A stretch of 64,000 nucleotides of DNA. It comes from Botryllus schlosseri (lineage: Eukaryota). Every line of letters begins with the position of its first letter. Position 1 is the stretch's first letter. The notes beneath the pieces are model-generated. The model was not told the DNA's origin. It was given only the letters and a program-made list of their open reading frames with translations, and searched no databases. The translations under genes and the position numbers were made by a program. Positions 24,563-39,100 of the stretch are shown piece after piece. Where the stretch lies: NCBI GenBank assembly GCA_051294905.1, contig CM119372.1:16494001-16558000 (forward strand), in the 5' to 3' direction.

Positions 24563-25333
24563 TTAGATACCCATTTCGAAGACAAGATTATGAGTCGGCG
24601 ATGTTTGTATTTTCAAGGAAAGTTGCTAATTCGTTTCTCAGTTCATACACTCGTGCAAGCATAGCTGCTCAACTTAATGCGCGAACATGGCAGATATACA
24701 GGGCATCGCCATATTGATTCTCTGCTTCTAGTAATATATGGGGTAGGCTATCTGTCGGTGATTAAGTTTGTGAGACCAAAATCAGCTTTCGCCACTGTGT
24801 CCAAAACATTATTCAGGTTTGTTGTCTTGGCGTACAATGTCCTCTGGTGAATTAAACTGCAGTTGACTAACCTATACGGAGGCTAGTTATCTACAATGAA
24901 ACGGAAAGTTTGAGATTTTGTCATTGCGTTTTTGAAGCAGACGAACGGCACCTTTATTGTCACACCCTATCAGAGTGGCAAACCTTTAAAAAGTATGGTA
25001 GGCTATACCTTTGGTTGCGCGATACACCCGCTTCATAAGCACTGGTTTAGTCTACTCTACAGACATTCATATCTCCTACTTTTTAGTACGATATAGGCTC
25101 CTAGTCAACCGCCTTCGCACCAGTTTTATGGCGTAACAATAGACGTAGGATAGTTAAATATCGCAGCAATGCCGCATTCTTTCCAAGCAGTGCTGCACTG
25201 CAGATTGGAACTCATTACCAAACGGCGGGCCGTATTCTTGTGGTAAGTAATTACTTGGTCGCGGGCCGGACGATTTCGCTTGGCGGGCCGGATCCGGCCC
25301 GCGGGCCGTAGGTTGCCGACCCTTGCACTACAC

Positions 25334-28261
25334 CAGGCCTGGGCAAAGTGCGGCCCGCCGAGCGATTCTGTGCGGCCCGCGAAAGGCTGCTTGAAATTTA
25401 AAATATCAAACCTACTTTTTAATGTTGCTGCGCGGACTAAAACCATACGATGTATAAACTGGACCAGAAATTCGTTTACTAGCAAGCCTGTTCATTAACA
25501 CACGTGATTACGCAGCCTAGGTACCTCACATTCCTAATCCAGACTAAAACTAAAGTCAATGCAGCAAGTTATGCCGTTAGGGTTAAAGTCACAAAAAATC
25601 ACCAAACCTTCTTTGGTGCCATTGTCACATTACGCATTACACGGTTTGTATTTCAAATTATTACGTGATGTGTTTCCAAATCCATAATTCATGAAACAAG
25701 TGAATCAATGCCCATGATTTCTATGAATATATCACCACCCATAAAGGATGTCAAAAAAAGAAAGTCGAAGGATGAAATTCAAAGATGGTTAATAACTGCA
25801 AATTTCGCTAATCAACAAGGCCATTTCGGCAAGCTGCACACTTCTCAGAAACCAGCTACCAAGACAATAAGCTATATATTATCCTTAGGACCGTAACTAC
25901 CGCACCTCAAGCCCCCAATTGTGTGGCGAGCTCGACGGGCGCCCAAAATTATTTCATGAGTGAACATAAATTATAGGGTATTATTTTGAAAATTTATGCA
26001 ACTTTATTCAATGGTTTTTAGAATGGGCATTTCGGTGTTAGCCATTACCGCGCCACAACGCACCAAGATAAATGAACTTTATAGGCCAGCACGGGATTCC
26101 GAGAAGGCACTGCAATTGCAACTGCTGATCAAATTAACTAAGTAAAGGGAATAAAGCTCGACAGCGAGAAAACCTTGGCCGAAAAGGACTGCTTTTATGT
26201 TGACCGAAAACCACAAAGTCCAATTGTCCATAGGCAATATTTGCCAGTGAAGAAATACCAATCGGGGTCGTCATTTTAGTTTGGTACGCTTCGGCGATTT
26301 CAATATATTTTCACATAGCAGACGGGAGGTCACGAAATAACAACATGTAACGAAGTAGTCATACTAACGGACCCTCCCGAATATTTCCAAGACAGTAGGG
26401 GAGACCGGGGACAATTGTAACACTTTTCGTATTTTCCAACATTACGTGTTTTTCTCGTGGAAATTTCACTTCCAACGTTTTACATAAAGAAGCCAACAAC
26501 TCGATAGTTGATATAAAAACTAAATTGGAACTCAATCAACAATCAATCATGGTAATTTTGGGTCGCAAAAATCGCTGCTCAAATGTTACAATCGCCCCGT
26601 ACCCAGGGGCAATTGTACCACCCTTGCGGGGCAATTGTAACAGTGTTATTTATAACTAAACACAAACTAAATGAACAACGAAAACCGAAGCACAAATTGT
26701 AATATTGCATGAAACTAAAGGAAGAGATGTTTGAACGCTTCCATCAGGCTACGTCCCATCGCATTTATGGCATCTGAATGCAATATATCACCCTTCGTGT
26801 CTTGTTCAAGCTTAAAGTGTGCAAGAGACACATTCATTCCATCATCTCCCTACACATATTCGGCCTCTTCTACCAAGGTTCTGTTGTTCAGCGTGCATAA
26901 TGGGTTGTTCATTCGGTCACCTGCGAAGGTGCGAAACCGACCTGGCTAACATATCTTGGTTGAATGGACCGATGATAGTAGGCCTATAGTTAAACGAGGA
27001 CGCAACATTGTGTGGCGTCAAAGCTATAATGACATTCTTCTGTGCTGTAGAAAATTAACATAAATTGTTCACATCAAATATCAAAATGTAAGTGGGCCAT
27101 GATCAAAGTCAGAGGACGAGAATTAAGCCATGACTATTGAAGTTCGACACACCAAAAGTCGATCAACATGAGAAAGGGTGGTTGAATCACGAAAATAACC
27201 GAACCGTCAGATTCACATCAGAACTATTGCATGGCCGTTTCGACAGATGATCATGTTAGAATCGGTATCGCAAGGCAGTATCCGTTCTGGTGAACTTCTG
27301 GCTGTTGCAAGATTATTCTGCAGTAGATGAATGGTAATACCAACATATGAACAAAGACATTCAGAATTGATAACATATTGTAACGGGGCAAAAGTAACAG
27401 AGTGTTACGATTGCCCCTGACACGCTCGACCATGATTAGTGTCTAAGTATGGTACCTTCCCGGCGATGCAAGTCCTATTCTTTCCATCACCACGGTAGAC
27501 TATAGTAACATTGTTCCAGCTACACATATTACGTTGTAACTACTTGAGGTACTATTCGTCTAGACAAATTATTCCAGACTAGAAAAACTTTACTCAAGGG
27601 TCAAAAATTACGTTTTTTGCAAATTATTCCGGGGCTTCACATCGTAGCTCAACGTAACTCCAGGTATAATAGGAGAGATAACTACTGCATGCGCACCTAA
27701 AATATCAAGCTGATTTCTCCATCCTACTAGCGGTGAGGTCGATTGTTACATTTGCCCCTAGTTACATTTGTCCCCGGTCTCCCCTACCTCACTCAGCTCT
27801 AGCGGTAAAACTGAGTAGGCCACTACGTGGGCTGAGAGAGGTTAAAAAATATAGCAATATATTTGAAATCACCAATATTATTGACCGATTGAATCATGAA
27901 TCATGAAAAAATTCCGCGCTTCGCGCGAGTAGGGCATACAAAACGTCTCGTATTACATCGTGCATCTCAATGGGGGCTGGTATTGATAGAAAAACGCGGA
28001 TAGGGGTTTAAAGAGAGTTCAAAATGTATCATGTTTAACACTGTTTCAAAATATGAAGGCAAATAGATATTTTTCGGGCAATTAACCGTCACTTTGTTAT
28101 TTCTCCATATCAACACATCCACTGAGCACCAATTCGTGTAATACCCTGCTTCCAATTTAGAAAGAAAATCAATACGCTGGATATTCTAATTTTTGACTCG
28201 GCCCGTCAACATATTTCAGCTTCTCATTTGGCCCGCGGAGAAAAATAATTGCCCACCCCTG
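25334..28261. mobile_element. hAT-type element with nested insertions
   Basis: TIR CAGGCCTGGGCAA / TTGCCCACCCCTG; GGCCCGC subterminal motifs; TSD CACTACAC on both sides. Confidence 0.8.
26398..27784. mobile_element. pogo/Tigger-like (Tc1/mariner superfamily) non-autonomous element
   Basis: TIR GGGGAGACCGGGGACAA(T/A)TGTAAC; TA on both flanks; nested in a family D copy starting near 25886. Confidence 0.8.
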
Positions 28262-28489
28262 CACTACACCATACTTCCATACCGCCATGCCCTGTTTGTT
28301 GGTCATTGATGAAATTAATATTAAAACAAACGAACGAATTTCCAATCTATTGTACATAGAAATACAAAATTTCGTCAGTCATTTAATTAATGCGAGAGTT
28401 GCTGTTAGTTCAATTTCTTTATAGTCAGTTGTTGCGCTGCTGCTGGTGGGTATTATGAAGAGGTGTAGCCATAGAGTCAAGTGTACCTG

Positions 28490-28670
28490 TTCGATGAGGG
28501 TGTGATCAGACTAGTTGACCCTCAAGGTCGTCGTATCGATCATTCCTATCTAATACCGAATACTGTGCAATGTGCATGCATATTTTGTGTACCAACATCA
28601 TTGCCGTCTGCTGTTATGTATTTTGGTTGGATGAAAATAAAGACTCTCTCTCTCTCTCTCTCTCTCTATC
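28490..28670 (+). mobile_element. 3' tail of a CR1/L2-like LINE with (CT)n end
   Basis: Matches 60550-60665 (GATCxTTCCTATCTxATACCGAATA...GAAAATAAAGAxTCTCTCT). Confidence 0.7.
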
Positions 28671-28710
28671 TATATGTAGGTTAGCCAGTGTTGGGATCAT
28701 GTCACTAGGG

Positions 28711-30218
28711 CAGGACCGTAACTGCCGCACCCCAAACCCCCCAATTAGGGGGAGCCGAGCTCGAAGGGGGCCCAAAATTATTTTGTTATTTTGGAAATTT
28801 TTGCAACTTTAAAAAAAATTCGGCACTTCGCGCGATTTAATGTTGCCAAATTTCTGGATTAGGTACTCCCCTTCCCCAAAGAAAAAATACACATGATTTA
28901 TGCAGAAGGCCATTTCGGCGTCGGCCATTACCGCGCCACAACGCACCAACACATGTACACTATACAGTTTTAGACCATGTAACATATGCGATTCCAAGAA
29001 GTGTGCCAGAACGATCGGTGGCGAGAAAACCTGGGCCGAAAAGGACTGCCCTTATGCTGACCGAAAACTTCGGCATAGGCCAATACAGTGGCTCCCAACC
29101 TTTTTTTGACACGCCCCCCTTTATGATAGTGAAAAAAATCGCGCCCCCTTATCGTCATAGGTCACAAAATCCAACGGGGATGCTGGCAACCCCAACAGAT
29201 TGTTTGATGGCATGGAAGGTTATGACTGTTGATCAGAGAATTCAAAAATATGAAAATCGGTCTGTATATAGAGAAATACGCGTGAATTGGAGGTAAATCG
29301 TGCAGAGCGCGAAAAATTTTTCAGTTGACCGCTTCTTCGCGCCCGTCCTCAGATGCTTTCACGCCCCCCACCCCCAAGGGGAGCGCGTCCCCCAGGTTGG
29401 GAACCAGTGGGCCAATATGTTTAATTGTCCATAGGTGCCTATATGGATGGCGCCGAATGTTCCTGTCCTGGCAATCTGAACCCCACAAGACAAATGCCTA
29501 CCCGCAACGAAAATTTAATTGCCAGTGAAGAAATACCAGTTTGAAATCGTGTGCGTCTTCTATAGTCTAATACATATGGGTGATTTCAATATCTTTTGAC
29601 ATAGCAGACAGGAGGTCACGAAACAACATCATGTAATGAAGTTATTATATAGTACACCATACGTCTTCTTTTAAGAGGATTTTGTCCTCTTTTTTGACTT
29701 TTTTGAAAGTGTCCTCGGAGGACGACCTTTTGTCCTCTTTTTTGAGAATTTTGGAAAAATTTTCGGCCAAAATGGACTGAGATTTCCCACCGGTTTTGCA
29801 TGTCCGAAAATTCTGAAAAAGTGTCCTCTTTTCATCTTTCCAAAACATGGAACCCTATTATACAGCCCGAATGTGTTTAATATTTAGGACCTGCAGTTTC
29901 CAAGACACCTCATTCAGCTCTACCGGGAAATCTGATAACGTGAGCGGGGAGGATAAAAATTGATAGCAACATATATGCAATTCCCGATCATACTGACCAG
30001 TACGATCATGAAATGTTAAAAAATTTTGCGCTTCCCGCGTTTAGGTGTAGTAATACGTAGGCTATCACTAAAAAGTAGGCCTACAATAAATGTTGTTTGT
30101 AAGTCACGGCAAACACGACTAACGTGGTGGGGGATCTGGGGTTTGGTTTGTCCCTCTATGGGAGGCCAAAGACCAACGTTTTGTGGGGGAGGGCTGACGA
30201 AGCGCCGTTACGGTCCTG
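28711..30218. mobile_element. hAT-type element, family D, with nested C and E MITEs
   Basis: TIR CAGGACCGTAAC / GTTACGGTCCTG; perfect TSD CACTAGGG; second copy at about 25886-27950. Confidence 0.85.
29086..29409 (+). mobile_element. hAT-type MITE, family C, copy 2
   Basis: Perfect TSD GGCCAATA; body matches 18922-19241. Confidence 0.9.
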
Positions 30219-31098
30219 CACTAGGGTATAGGCTTACCTTCGGGTCAATCAATCTACCAGTAATTTTATTGAAATTTTCATTAGATCAAAACACCACAAG
30301 ATTGCGATGTAATAAAAAGATAGAAAAGCTCGCGTCCTTACCGTTCGTCTGCTATATCTTTGAACATGACCATATATATTACATCCCTTCCTATGCGTGA
30401 AAGCGTCTCGATTTCATTGATGACTGTGCCTTGTTTAAGATGTTCGAGAGAGAGCCACCAAACTATGGTGTTCCTGACTTAGCAACGGCATAACTCCTCC
30501 GCTACCACGAACAAGTTAAGTTGAAGTTCATATCGAATCATTAACTATACACTCCACCACACAACTTATCCGACATTGTATGTCAACTCCGCTCAATTAC
30601 ATGGCTGAGTTGTACAACTGTACCCGACAGACCGCGAACGCGATTATAAAAAATATTTACCAAGGACATCTAGTATACACCTGATTCTAGCTCGATATCC
30701 CTGATATCTGTCAACAGAGAAATTTTGAGGCAGCGGAGTAGGACTGCATTCACACCGCGGCAGCAATCTAGTGAGACCTCACTGTACCAGTCGACGCCCG
30801 TGTCGCATAACTCTTTAGATTCTTACTGACAAACCCAGCAAAGTGTGTCCGCAAAAGACTGAGCGTTATCGAAGTATGAAAGTGCGTTTGGAGCCGCTTT
30901 CCGACCCGATTTGGTTCAGATATGGCTTGTTGTACCCGAGCTGTATGCCTTGGCTAGAACGATTCAGTGCGCTGACATTGTTGTCGCATTTATTGTGTCC
31001 CACCCCTGAAGGAAGCAGAACGTTTTAGTGCTACCCTTCACCAAAAAGACGAATATAATTATATGGCACATAGGTCTACCTAGGACGCTTACTCAAGT

Positions 31099-31897
31099 CA
31101 GTGTTGGGATCAAGTCACTACCTTCGAGTAACGAGTCACGAGTCATTGCACATTTTGACTTGAGTCAAGTCAAGTCAGTCGATTTTCGAAGGTGACTCGA
31201 GTCAAGTCAAGTTGCCTTTTCGAAGTACGAGGCATGCTTATGTCATTGCATTTTGCTAGCTGCCTGAAATACAGATTAAGTGGTCATTGATTCTGAACAG
31301 ATGAACGATTATAGAGTTGCCGAATATACATGCAAGAAGGCCCTATATCACTCGCATATAGCCTGCGTAGAAATGCTAAACTACGTAACCAATTGCATAG
31401 CCTCAGTTTATAGTTACCAGCCAAATAGAGAATAGAGAAACGAATTGATAAGATGCAATACATTACCCATTTACAAATTGATACGATATGATACAATTCG
31501 AGCCTGTGCCAATGGTTCGGGACTATATAAACAATATTCGAATTCAATTTCAATAAAACAAGAGGTTTGGTTACGACAACGTAAGCTGCAAGCTTCGATC
31601 ACTTCGTTTGCGGTCAATATATTTATGGGAGAAAAATGGAGGCTCAGTAAAACGCACGATCATTGAATGATTGGTCGCTCTCAATCCGACCTTATTCAAA
31701 ATACTGAGATTTTTATCGACATTTATTGCTTGATGACTTGAAATTGACTGGTGAATTTTGCTCCGAGTCACGAGTCAATCCACATTTCTGATACGCCGAG
31801 TCAAGTCAAGTCATTTTAGCAAAGTGACTCGAGTCAAATCAAGTCATACGAAAAAAGTGACTCGAGTCAAGTAATGACTAGAGTCATCCCAACACTG
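31099..31897 (-). mobile_element. MITE, family A, copy 2 (reverse orientation)
   Basis: TIR CAGTGTTGGGAT; degenerate TSD ACTCAAGT/ACTCAGAT. Confidence 0.88.
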
Positions 31898-33176
31898 ACT
31901 CAGATTAGGGGGACTGCAGACTCCATCGTGGTGCGACCCGATATGAATGCACACTGCACAGAAACATGTGGAACGGTATTATTATATTTCGAGAAAAGAG
32001 CGGATTAATGAATTCATGCAAAAATGTACCACATATGGGTCACGTGACAGTCACGTGCAGGAGACAGCATAACAAAGACCCCTGGAAAACTAGGGGGTGC
32101 GCACAAGACGAGAACGGCTACAAATCATCAGCAATGTCGCATTTTATTCAAAATAACCCGACTACCGGATGCTGGGATAGATTGGAGTCTGGTGCACCCT
32201 TCAGCCTAAAACATACGACCTCAGCATCTAATTTCAATAGATCAAGTTACCTCCGTTACGTTACTATTTCCGGCATCAATGCGACGTCGCAATCGCAATC
32301 AAACGTAGTCAACTACCGTCGTCATATGTTCGGGACCAACCAGAGCTTTAACATGATACCTTACAACCGCAATACTCTAGTTATATAAATGGCGCACATT
32401 ACCACATCGGGTGTGCAAATGTACTAGCAACGGTATGATTAGAAATAAAAAAAGAATCTAAAATATCGAGAACTATACATTCAAAGCGTCAAAATCGATA
32501 GAAGAAGTATCATTCGCGATGGCAATTTTCCGCAGATACACAATCGGCTATCGTGCGTTACATCGAAATCTATGTAAAGTAGTTTGTAAACTAGCTCTGC
32601 GGCGTGAAATAATAAAAAATACATAAACATCTATAAAAAGTAGCTGGTCATAATGTGAACAAATGAGATCAAGAGCGTTGCTGAACCCTATACTCCTATT
32701 TAAAATCTGATCGTTATGCAAACTCGATTCTTAAAAATAAAGAAAAGGAAAGAGCCCGTGTTTAAAACGGATAAAACGTCAAAATGGCAAAGTAGGCAAT
32801 CTGATCAGCTAGCATCCGACAGCTGTCGCTAAGCTGACACGCGGCCAGAGCGAGGACGAAACAACAAAAGCACATCACAATAAAATAAGTCGAGCAAAAG
32901 CTGGAACATTCGGAAAAAAACACAACATCCAGGGAGAAGCTGAATGGACACGGTTCCACAACGAGATAGGATGCAACAGAATTGTACTCGGGTCCTTTTG
33001 GCATTACGGACACATCGACTCCCACCGACTGATATCTGCAGTTACTTTCCAATCTTTCATAACGCAGTAAGGTTTCAAATCTAAAGGCACTTTTCGTGCT
33101 CATCGCTACTTGATTCGTACAGAAGGATTCCAATGAGTAAGTCTTTTGTGTGTTATATTTTGCGTTCCGCATCAAT

Positions 33177-36100
33177 TTATTGATTGTCCGGACGAGAATC
33201 GATGGTGACTGCGACACCCATCTTTGCGCCGGGCACCCTCTGCTCTAACAGGGCAATTGTATCATATAAATGGGTCAACGTTGTTGCGACTGTAAAATAT
33301 CTCTCATATGTGAAGCATAATATGATTACTCTCAATCCGGAAATACTTTGTGTTCAAACGATGGTCAGGCGACGAGGCTAGAAGCAGTGTCGTGTCGCTG
33401 TCACGTGCCGGCGGTGGTTGACAAATTAGGATTACTGCCGTAGTTCGAGTTCATGGTGATTGCCGAAGTACTCGTGACCTGATCGAAAAAAGGGCATTTA
33501 GTCGAGTAATTTCAAGAGTTGGACAATACTACTGTAAGTCAGACGAGGAACTTGAATAAAAGTACCCACGTCAAAGTAACGAAATCTGCTAGCGTACTGG
33601 CTTAAATTATCCAGTTGGCCCACATACAAAACGGCTGACTGTGCCGCACACGTATATAGTTGGGAATTTCAAGCTGTTGGTGGATACAACACTACGAAAT
33701 ACAGAAACGCTTCTGATGGTGAGGACTAGGGCGATTTTGGCATTTTTTACTTTAAATAACTAAATTTTGACAAAATGTTGCACTCAAGTATTTAAATTAG
33801 GCATTGTTGCGCAAAACGTTAGAATTGAGGTACATTTCTGGCGTAAATTATCTGTCCTTACAAAGTAGCTTTGCAAGAATAGAGAAATTGTTTGGTGGCA
33901 GCATTGAATTTCAGTGTATACTGCCGGAGTGCCTGTAACAGACTTACCGCTTCATACGGACAATTTGATCAACATCGACCTTTTTAGGCCGCAACTCAAA
34001 TGTGAGATTTGTTAAGATCTCGCGATCCACCCATAAGTTGAGAACCACTGTGCTATAAGAACCAATGTTAATCACGCAGTCAAGTTTCAGATTTGAGATA
34101 TCGGTGTGAGCTTGTAAAAATCGCTGACCTACTCGGAAAGTCGCTCGTTTTTAGCCGCGTCAACTTATTCGTTTCATTCGATGGTTTACGATTCACAATG
34201 AGTAGACAACGGGCTAACTGCAACCGCTACATTATAAAGTAGTCTACGAGCTTCCCAAATGCTATTCAGAATTTCAATGTACTTAACTTTTGTTATAATA
34301 TATCGAAGGTATCCTTCTTTACCTCATTTTCTCGTGGCACCCGAATTGAGGACAACCGTCCTACACTAACAAATGGTTGAAATTTCATCGGCAATCGAAT
34401 GTGATATTTTCGATAATGCGCTCATTTCTCGTCATGTCAATATGGGCTCACCTGTGGATAATCGTCGAGAGGATGTTCTGTTTTGCAAGCGTGGTTCGAA
34501 TTGTTGTGTAGAGACGACGAAATCCGCATGTCCATGCTGGAGGCTGCTGAACAGACAGATGGTTTGTGACGCAAAGCACACGCAGTCACCGTCAATACAA
34601 TCGCCAAGTTTATGAATCATTCCCGTTGCTTTCCCACATAATTCAACGAATTTTTTTACGGGATCTGAAGCGCATCGCTACAACAAACGAGTGTCCGCGT
34701 TGTCCAATTACGACGTGTCCCGAGCGAATAGCAATTTAAAACGCATCACTTTATCAAATCAAGTATGAAGGACCCTAAATGTGGAGCAGTATTTGGCTGA
34801 CAATATGACAGTCATCAATTGCGTCCACATTCACGACAAAATACAAGTAGCTTCTGCTGAACGATTACCAGTCTGCCTTCCAGATTACCATAATCTGACA
34901 TCTTGATAAGGCCCGCCGACACACACAATCTCATTTTCATTGCATGTCCTTCTGTTACCTTCTGTTACTTTTCATCCAATACACACAAACACCTCTTATT
35001 AATAGCTGCATACTGCATGCAGTGGTCGGATTCAGCCGGGTCGTACCGGTTTTACGGCACCTCTTTCATAAATATTTGATGCGATTGCACACAGCATACG
35101 GAGACCTTACAGCGCAAATCTTGTAAAATATGATAAACCAGGTACATTGTCAGTAGGGCTGGGAGAAATGAATCCGATACTGTTATATCGTCATAATGAG
35201 TGATACTCAAACACTCGATTCGAGGCCAATCGAATCACTCAGTACTAGATTTTGCCCAGCCCTAATCTTCACATGGGTACGGGTAAGAACAACCAAATCC
35301 AGCCGCTTACCTAAACCAGGCTTGACGTCGTCCTCATCTCCGTTTCGGGCGTCCATGTTCTCGCCCCTCTCAATGCCGAGCAGGCTGGCCGCGGCCTGGA
35401 CCGGATTGGTCACGACGGCTGACGGGTCACCGCCGGCGATGGCCAGCTTCTGCTGCTGCAGACGGGTGATCGGGCAGTCGCGATGGGCCAGCAGAAGCTG
35501 CTTGAGCGAGGCGACCTCCTCTCGCAGCTGGGCCACTTCGCCCTGTCAAAACGGCGGGGATGTAAATCCGTGACGACAAAAATGTGTTGGTGCACCAGGG
35601 TAGACGTGCCGTGTTTGCGCGGGCACCTCCACATTCTTGTAATTGACTCATCCTACTGGGTAAACTGTGCTTACAATCAATGCAGAAAAAATATCATACT
35701 GGGCAACACTTATAAATAGGAAACAATGATAAGCGAGTAAAAACAGAGATAGCACCCAAGCCAAACTTCAGAGGCGTGGTACCAAGCAGACATGGGGTAA
35801 CGGTGATTGGTAATCGTAATCGATTAATTCACATATCCAATTGATTTCTTTGTAAAATAACGATTCTATATTACTAAAATATTCACCTTTACTATGACAT
35901 GACTACGACTGCGTCAACCGAACATTGTGAGTGAGTGCATGATACCACAATACTGATAGCAGAAACGGATTTTTAACCTCCACATTACATTATTACATCT
36001 CAGTGTTAGCAGTGCTCTTCATAGTTCAACAATGATGTATTGTGACATAGCCAGCATATGACATTAAATTTTTTAAAAAGGCTATTATCATCGAAATCGT

Positions 36101-39100
36101 TATATTGTCTTTCAATGTGCTTAATACTGAAGTTCAATGAAGCAAAATATGCAATTGTGAGTTATCATGGTTGCTGTTCCATGTAATCTTTATCATAATC
36201 GTTTACACTGGTGCAGTAACCACCCCATGTCTGGTACAGAGTCACACCAAGTCTCAGGTCAATTATCACTTTACGAGAAGTATATTCCTGACGCAACAAC
36301 TACGAGTGAGAAACCCCCGGGACCTACTTTCTTATTTGCAACCGCCCGGGTGTGCAAGCCGTCATAAGAATATCTCTGTACATCAAAAACAACATTCGAT
36401 CGCTTAATGGCTGATAGGTTGAAAGTTCAAAACATAAGATTGTTTCAGAGAACATCAGAGATAGTCGCACGTGTGGCGACCGTAAACATGTTTTTACAAA
36501 GTGCAGAGCGGAAATTTAATGAATGTACTTCTCGCTTATGTACAGCGAAAACACTCTATTAAACGAGGCTCAATTTCCTCTCTTCTATGGTGTCGAACAT
36601 TTAACGTACACTGATCGATTTCATGTCACGTTCAGTCGGTCATTTACTCTACAGTGTATGAAACTTGGGGCTATTGATCAGACGCAACGGATGCAGGCAA
36701 AACGACATGCGACGCAATTCGCATTCGAGCAATCTGCCTCAACTTTTGTCAACTGAAACGAAAAGTGAGGCCAAAGCCCTTCCATCTCGGTAAACTTAGT
36801 GGATGGTGTACGCGAGAAGACAGTTTTGCAGCAGCAATTGCAAATTCCGTGATATAGTTGAGGAAGAGTCGTGATGAAAAATGTTATCACTCGCAAATAT
36901 TTAGTTCAAAAATGATTTGACGTTCAACTTGAGCATTGTCGTTTATCAATTCACTCACTTGCCTCATTGATATCATTCCACACCATAAGATTTTTTGCCA
37001 TAGCAGTATTGGTAAACAATTAGCGGTGGGGCGCAATAAAATAGTAAGATGTATCTCAAACATATCAATGACAAATAGGGAATTTCTACATGCCTGACTC
37101 TGCCGTTAAAAGTCTGTACCTAGGGAAACGTACGCCTTTATCCGTAACATACCTGAAGGCTAACGTTGGAATTGGAGAGTTCTTTCGCTTTGGATTCCAA
37201 TCCGTTGACCCACTGTTTCTTTTTGGCTCGGCATCTGGAACATACAAGACGTCGATCTTACCCGACAGCATGCAGTTGCAAGCACAGATTTCAACAAAAT
37301 CACATCAGGGAAAGAATACTTCTCGATAAATGAGGCTTACGGAAAATGATCAAATATTAATGTAACGCAGACTATCCACCGCGTTGGTCACACCTTTTCA
37401 TCTTCATTCGATACAATTAAATCGTCTGGGGAGTAGATTGACGGAGTGCTTCGACCTTCGACACGACGCGGCAGAAAAGTTTGGCCAGCAATTCGATTGT
37501 CATTGATTTTTTAATGTCAAAGTTTAAACGGGCGAGATACAGCCGAATGACGATAAAGATAAAGCAAGCATGTGGGTTGAGTTAGGGTTTGATTTGGGGT
37601 CTGGCTTGGGGTTATGGTTGATATAAGTGTTAATTTTATGGTTAGGAATAGGGTTAGATTTGTTTTAGGGCAGAGGTCTCAAACACACGGCCCGCAACCG
37701 TATTTTGGATTTCGAAGTATTGGACAATATTTAACTGCCATATCTCCTTTTTTATTAGAAAACTGGAAATTCGCCCCAAAACTACTCATTAAACTTCACT
37801 ATTACATCACTTTCAAAAGTTACCACTGAGTGGAAGATCAATGAATACTTCGGCGATTGGACATTTCTATTGCTATTGCACAGTAATCATTATATTCAAG
37901 TTGTTTTAGATCTGTTCCAGTTTTCAAAGGTGAATCTAACACTGATTAAATTTGACATAGGTAATGACATGATCAATAGTTTTGTTATCAGGAGTATGCC
38001 CGAAACCCGGATTAGGCTGTACTGCTCCAATGCTCTGATTTCAGATCAATCTTTGTAAAATTCTAAAATAGTCTACCTATAATTGTGACACGTCAAATTT
38101 CCGCTAGCTGCAAAATCATAACGCGACAGCTTTTACGATGTCCTGATGCATTTGTACTCTCGCATGATGTCTTCAGCAGCTATGCCAAGTACAGCAGAAA
38201 TTTCATTCATATATTTTAAAATGTGATTTTTTTCGTGCCAAACGTGAATTCACAATAGTAAATCACATATGTCGGTCTGCAAGGTCCCGTCAAGTAAGGC
38301 CTACTCGGAAACACATTGAATTCCCCTATTATTGGTGTTGCGGCCAGCGGCGCCATCAAAAAGTAGGAAATTGGCCCGCGAGCACATTTGAGGGTATAAA
38401 GTCACGTTCTTAAGTGCCGCATGCTAAACCGTTGATTTTCATTGTGTCGCATACTCAAATATCAAACAACCAATAAATATACGCAGACTCGAATAACGAC
38501 ACGTTACAGCGAGCCAACGTACAGTATCCCGCAAATACACCGAGTCACTGACCTGCTGGCTGCGGCTCGATTCCGCTCCAAAAACCTCATCCGCTTCGTA
38601 TCAGGGTCGATGTTGTTCTGTCGTCCTCTCCGACGTCCTGTCTTTTGACCTTCGTCCATCCCGCTCGATGATGTGACCTCGTTCTGCGAAGGACAAAGAC
38701 TTTTCAAACGGCATTTATGAGCAAAGTACGAAGTTTTCGCAGATTCAATCATTAAACCAGAGGTGCAGAAGAGGCGGCAAAGGCTGTTTCGGCTACGAGC
38801 AACTTTGGGAGAAGTTTATTAGCCCGATGGAAGTCTTAGTCTAGGAGTTTTCAAAGTATGGAGTATCGAAAGTTTGAAGATGTACCTCTTATGCGGCCCC
38901 AAAGAGTATGATGCCAGGTTGCCAGTGCTATATTTTCTCAACAATATCTACTGCATATTGCTTTCAGGACTACATTGAAGATTTTCGTGTGCCCCTTATC
39001 ATATCTACTGCGTTGCATGTGTGACGATGCTGTGGGTTGATCGCTACTTCACACGTTTCCGTTAACGAGCGTGACTTTCTACTACACGTTTTGCTGCAAC

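Larger units (their letters stand above)
21182..25325 (-). mobile_element. Decayed Buster/SPIN-like hAT transposon (GTF2IRD2-like transposase remnants) with nested elements
   Basis: TIR CAGGGGTCGGCAACCT / AGGTTGCCGACCCTTG; TSD CACTACAC; remnants FGSAYACEQ*FSTMKFTKSKLRSR (about 21500-21600), AFETKLRLWE..NYAHFP (about 22340-22405), YGDALY..VRALS..LARVYELRNELATFL (about 24615-24715). Confidence 0.85.
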
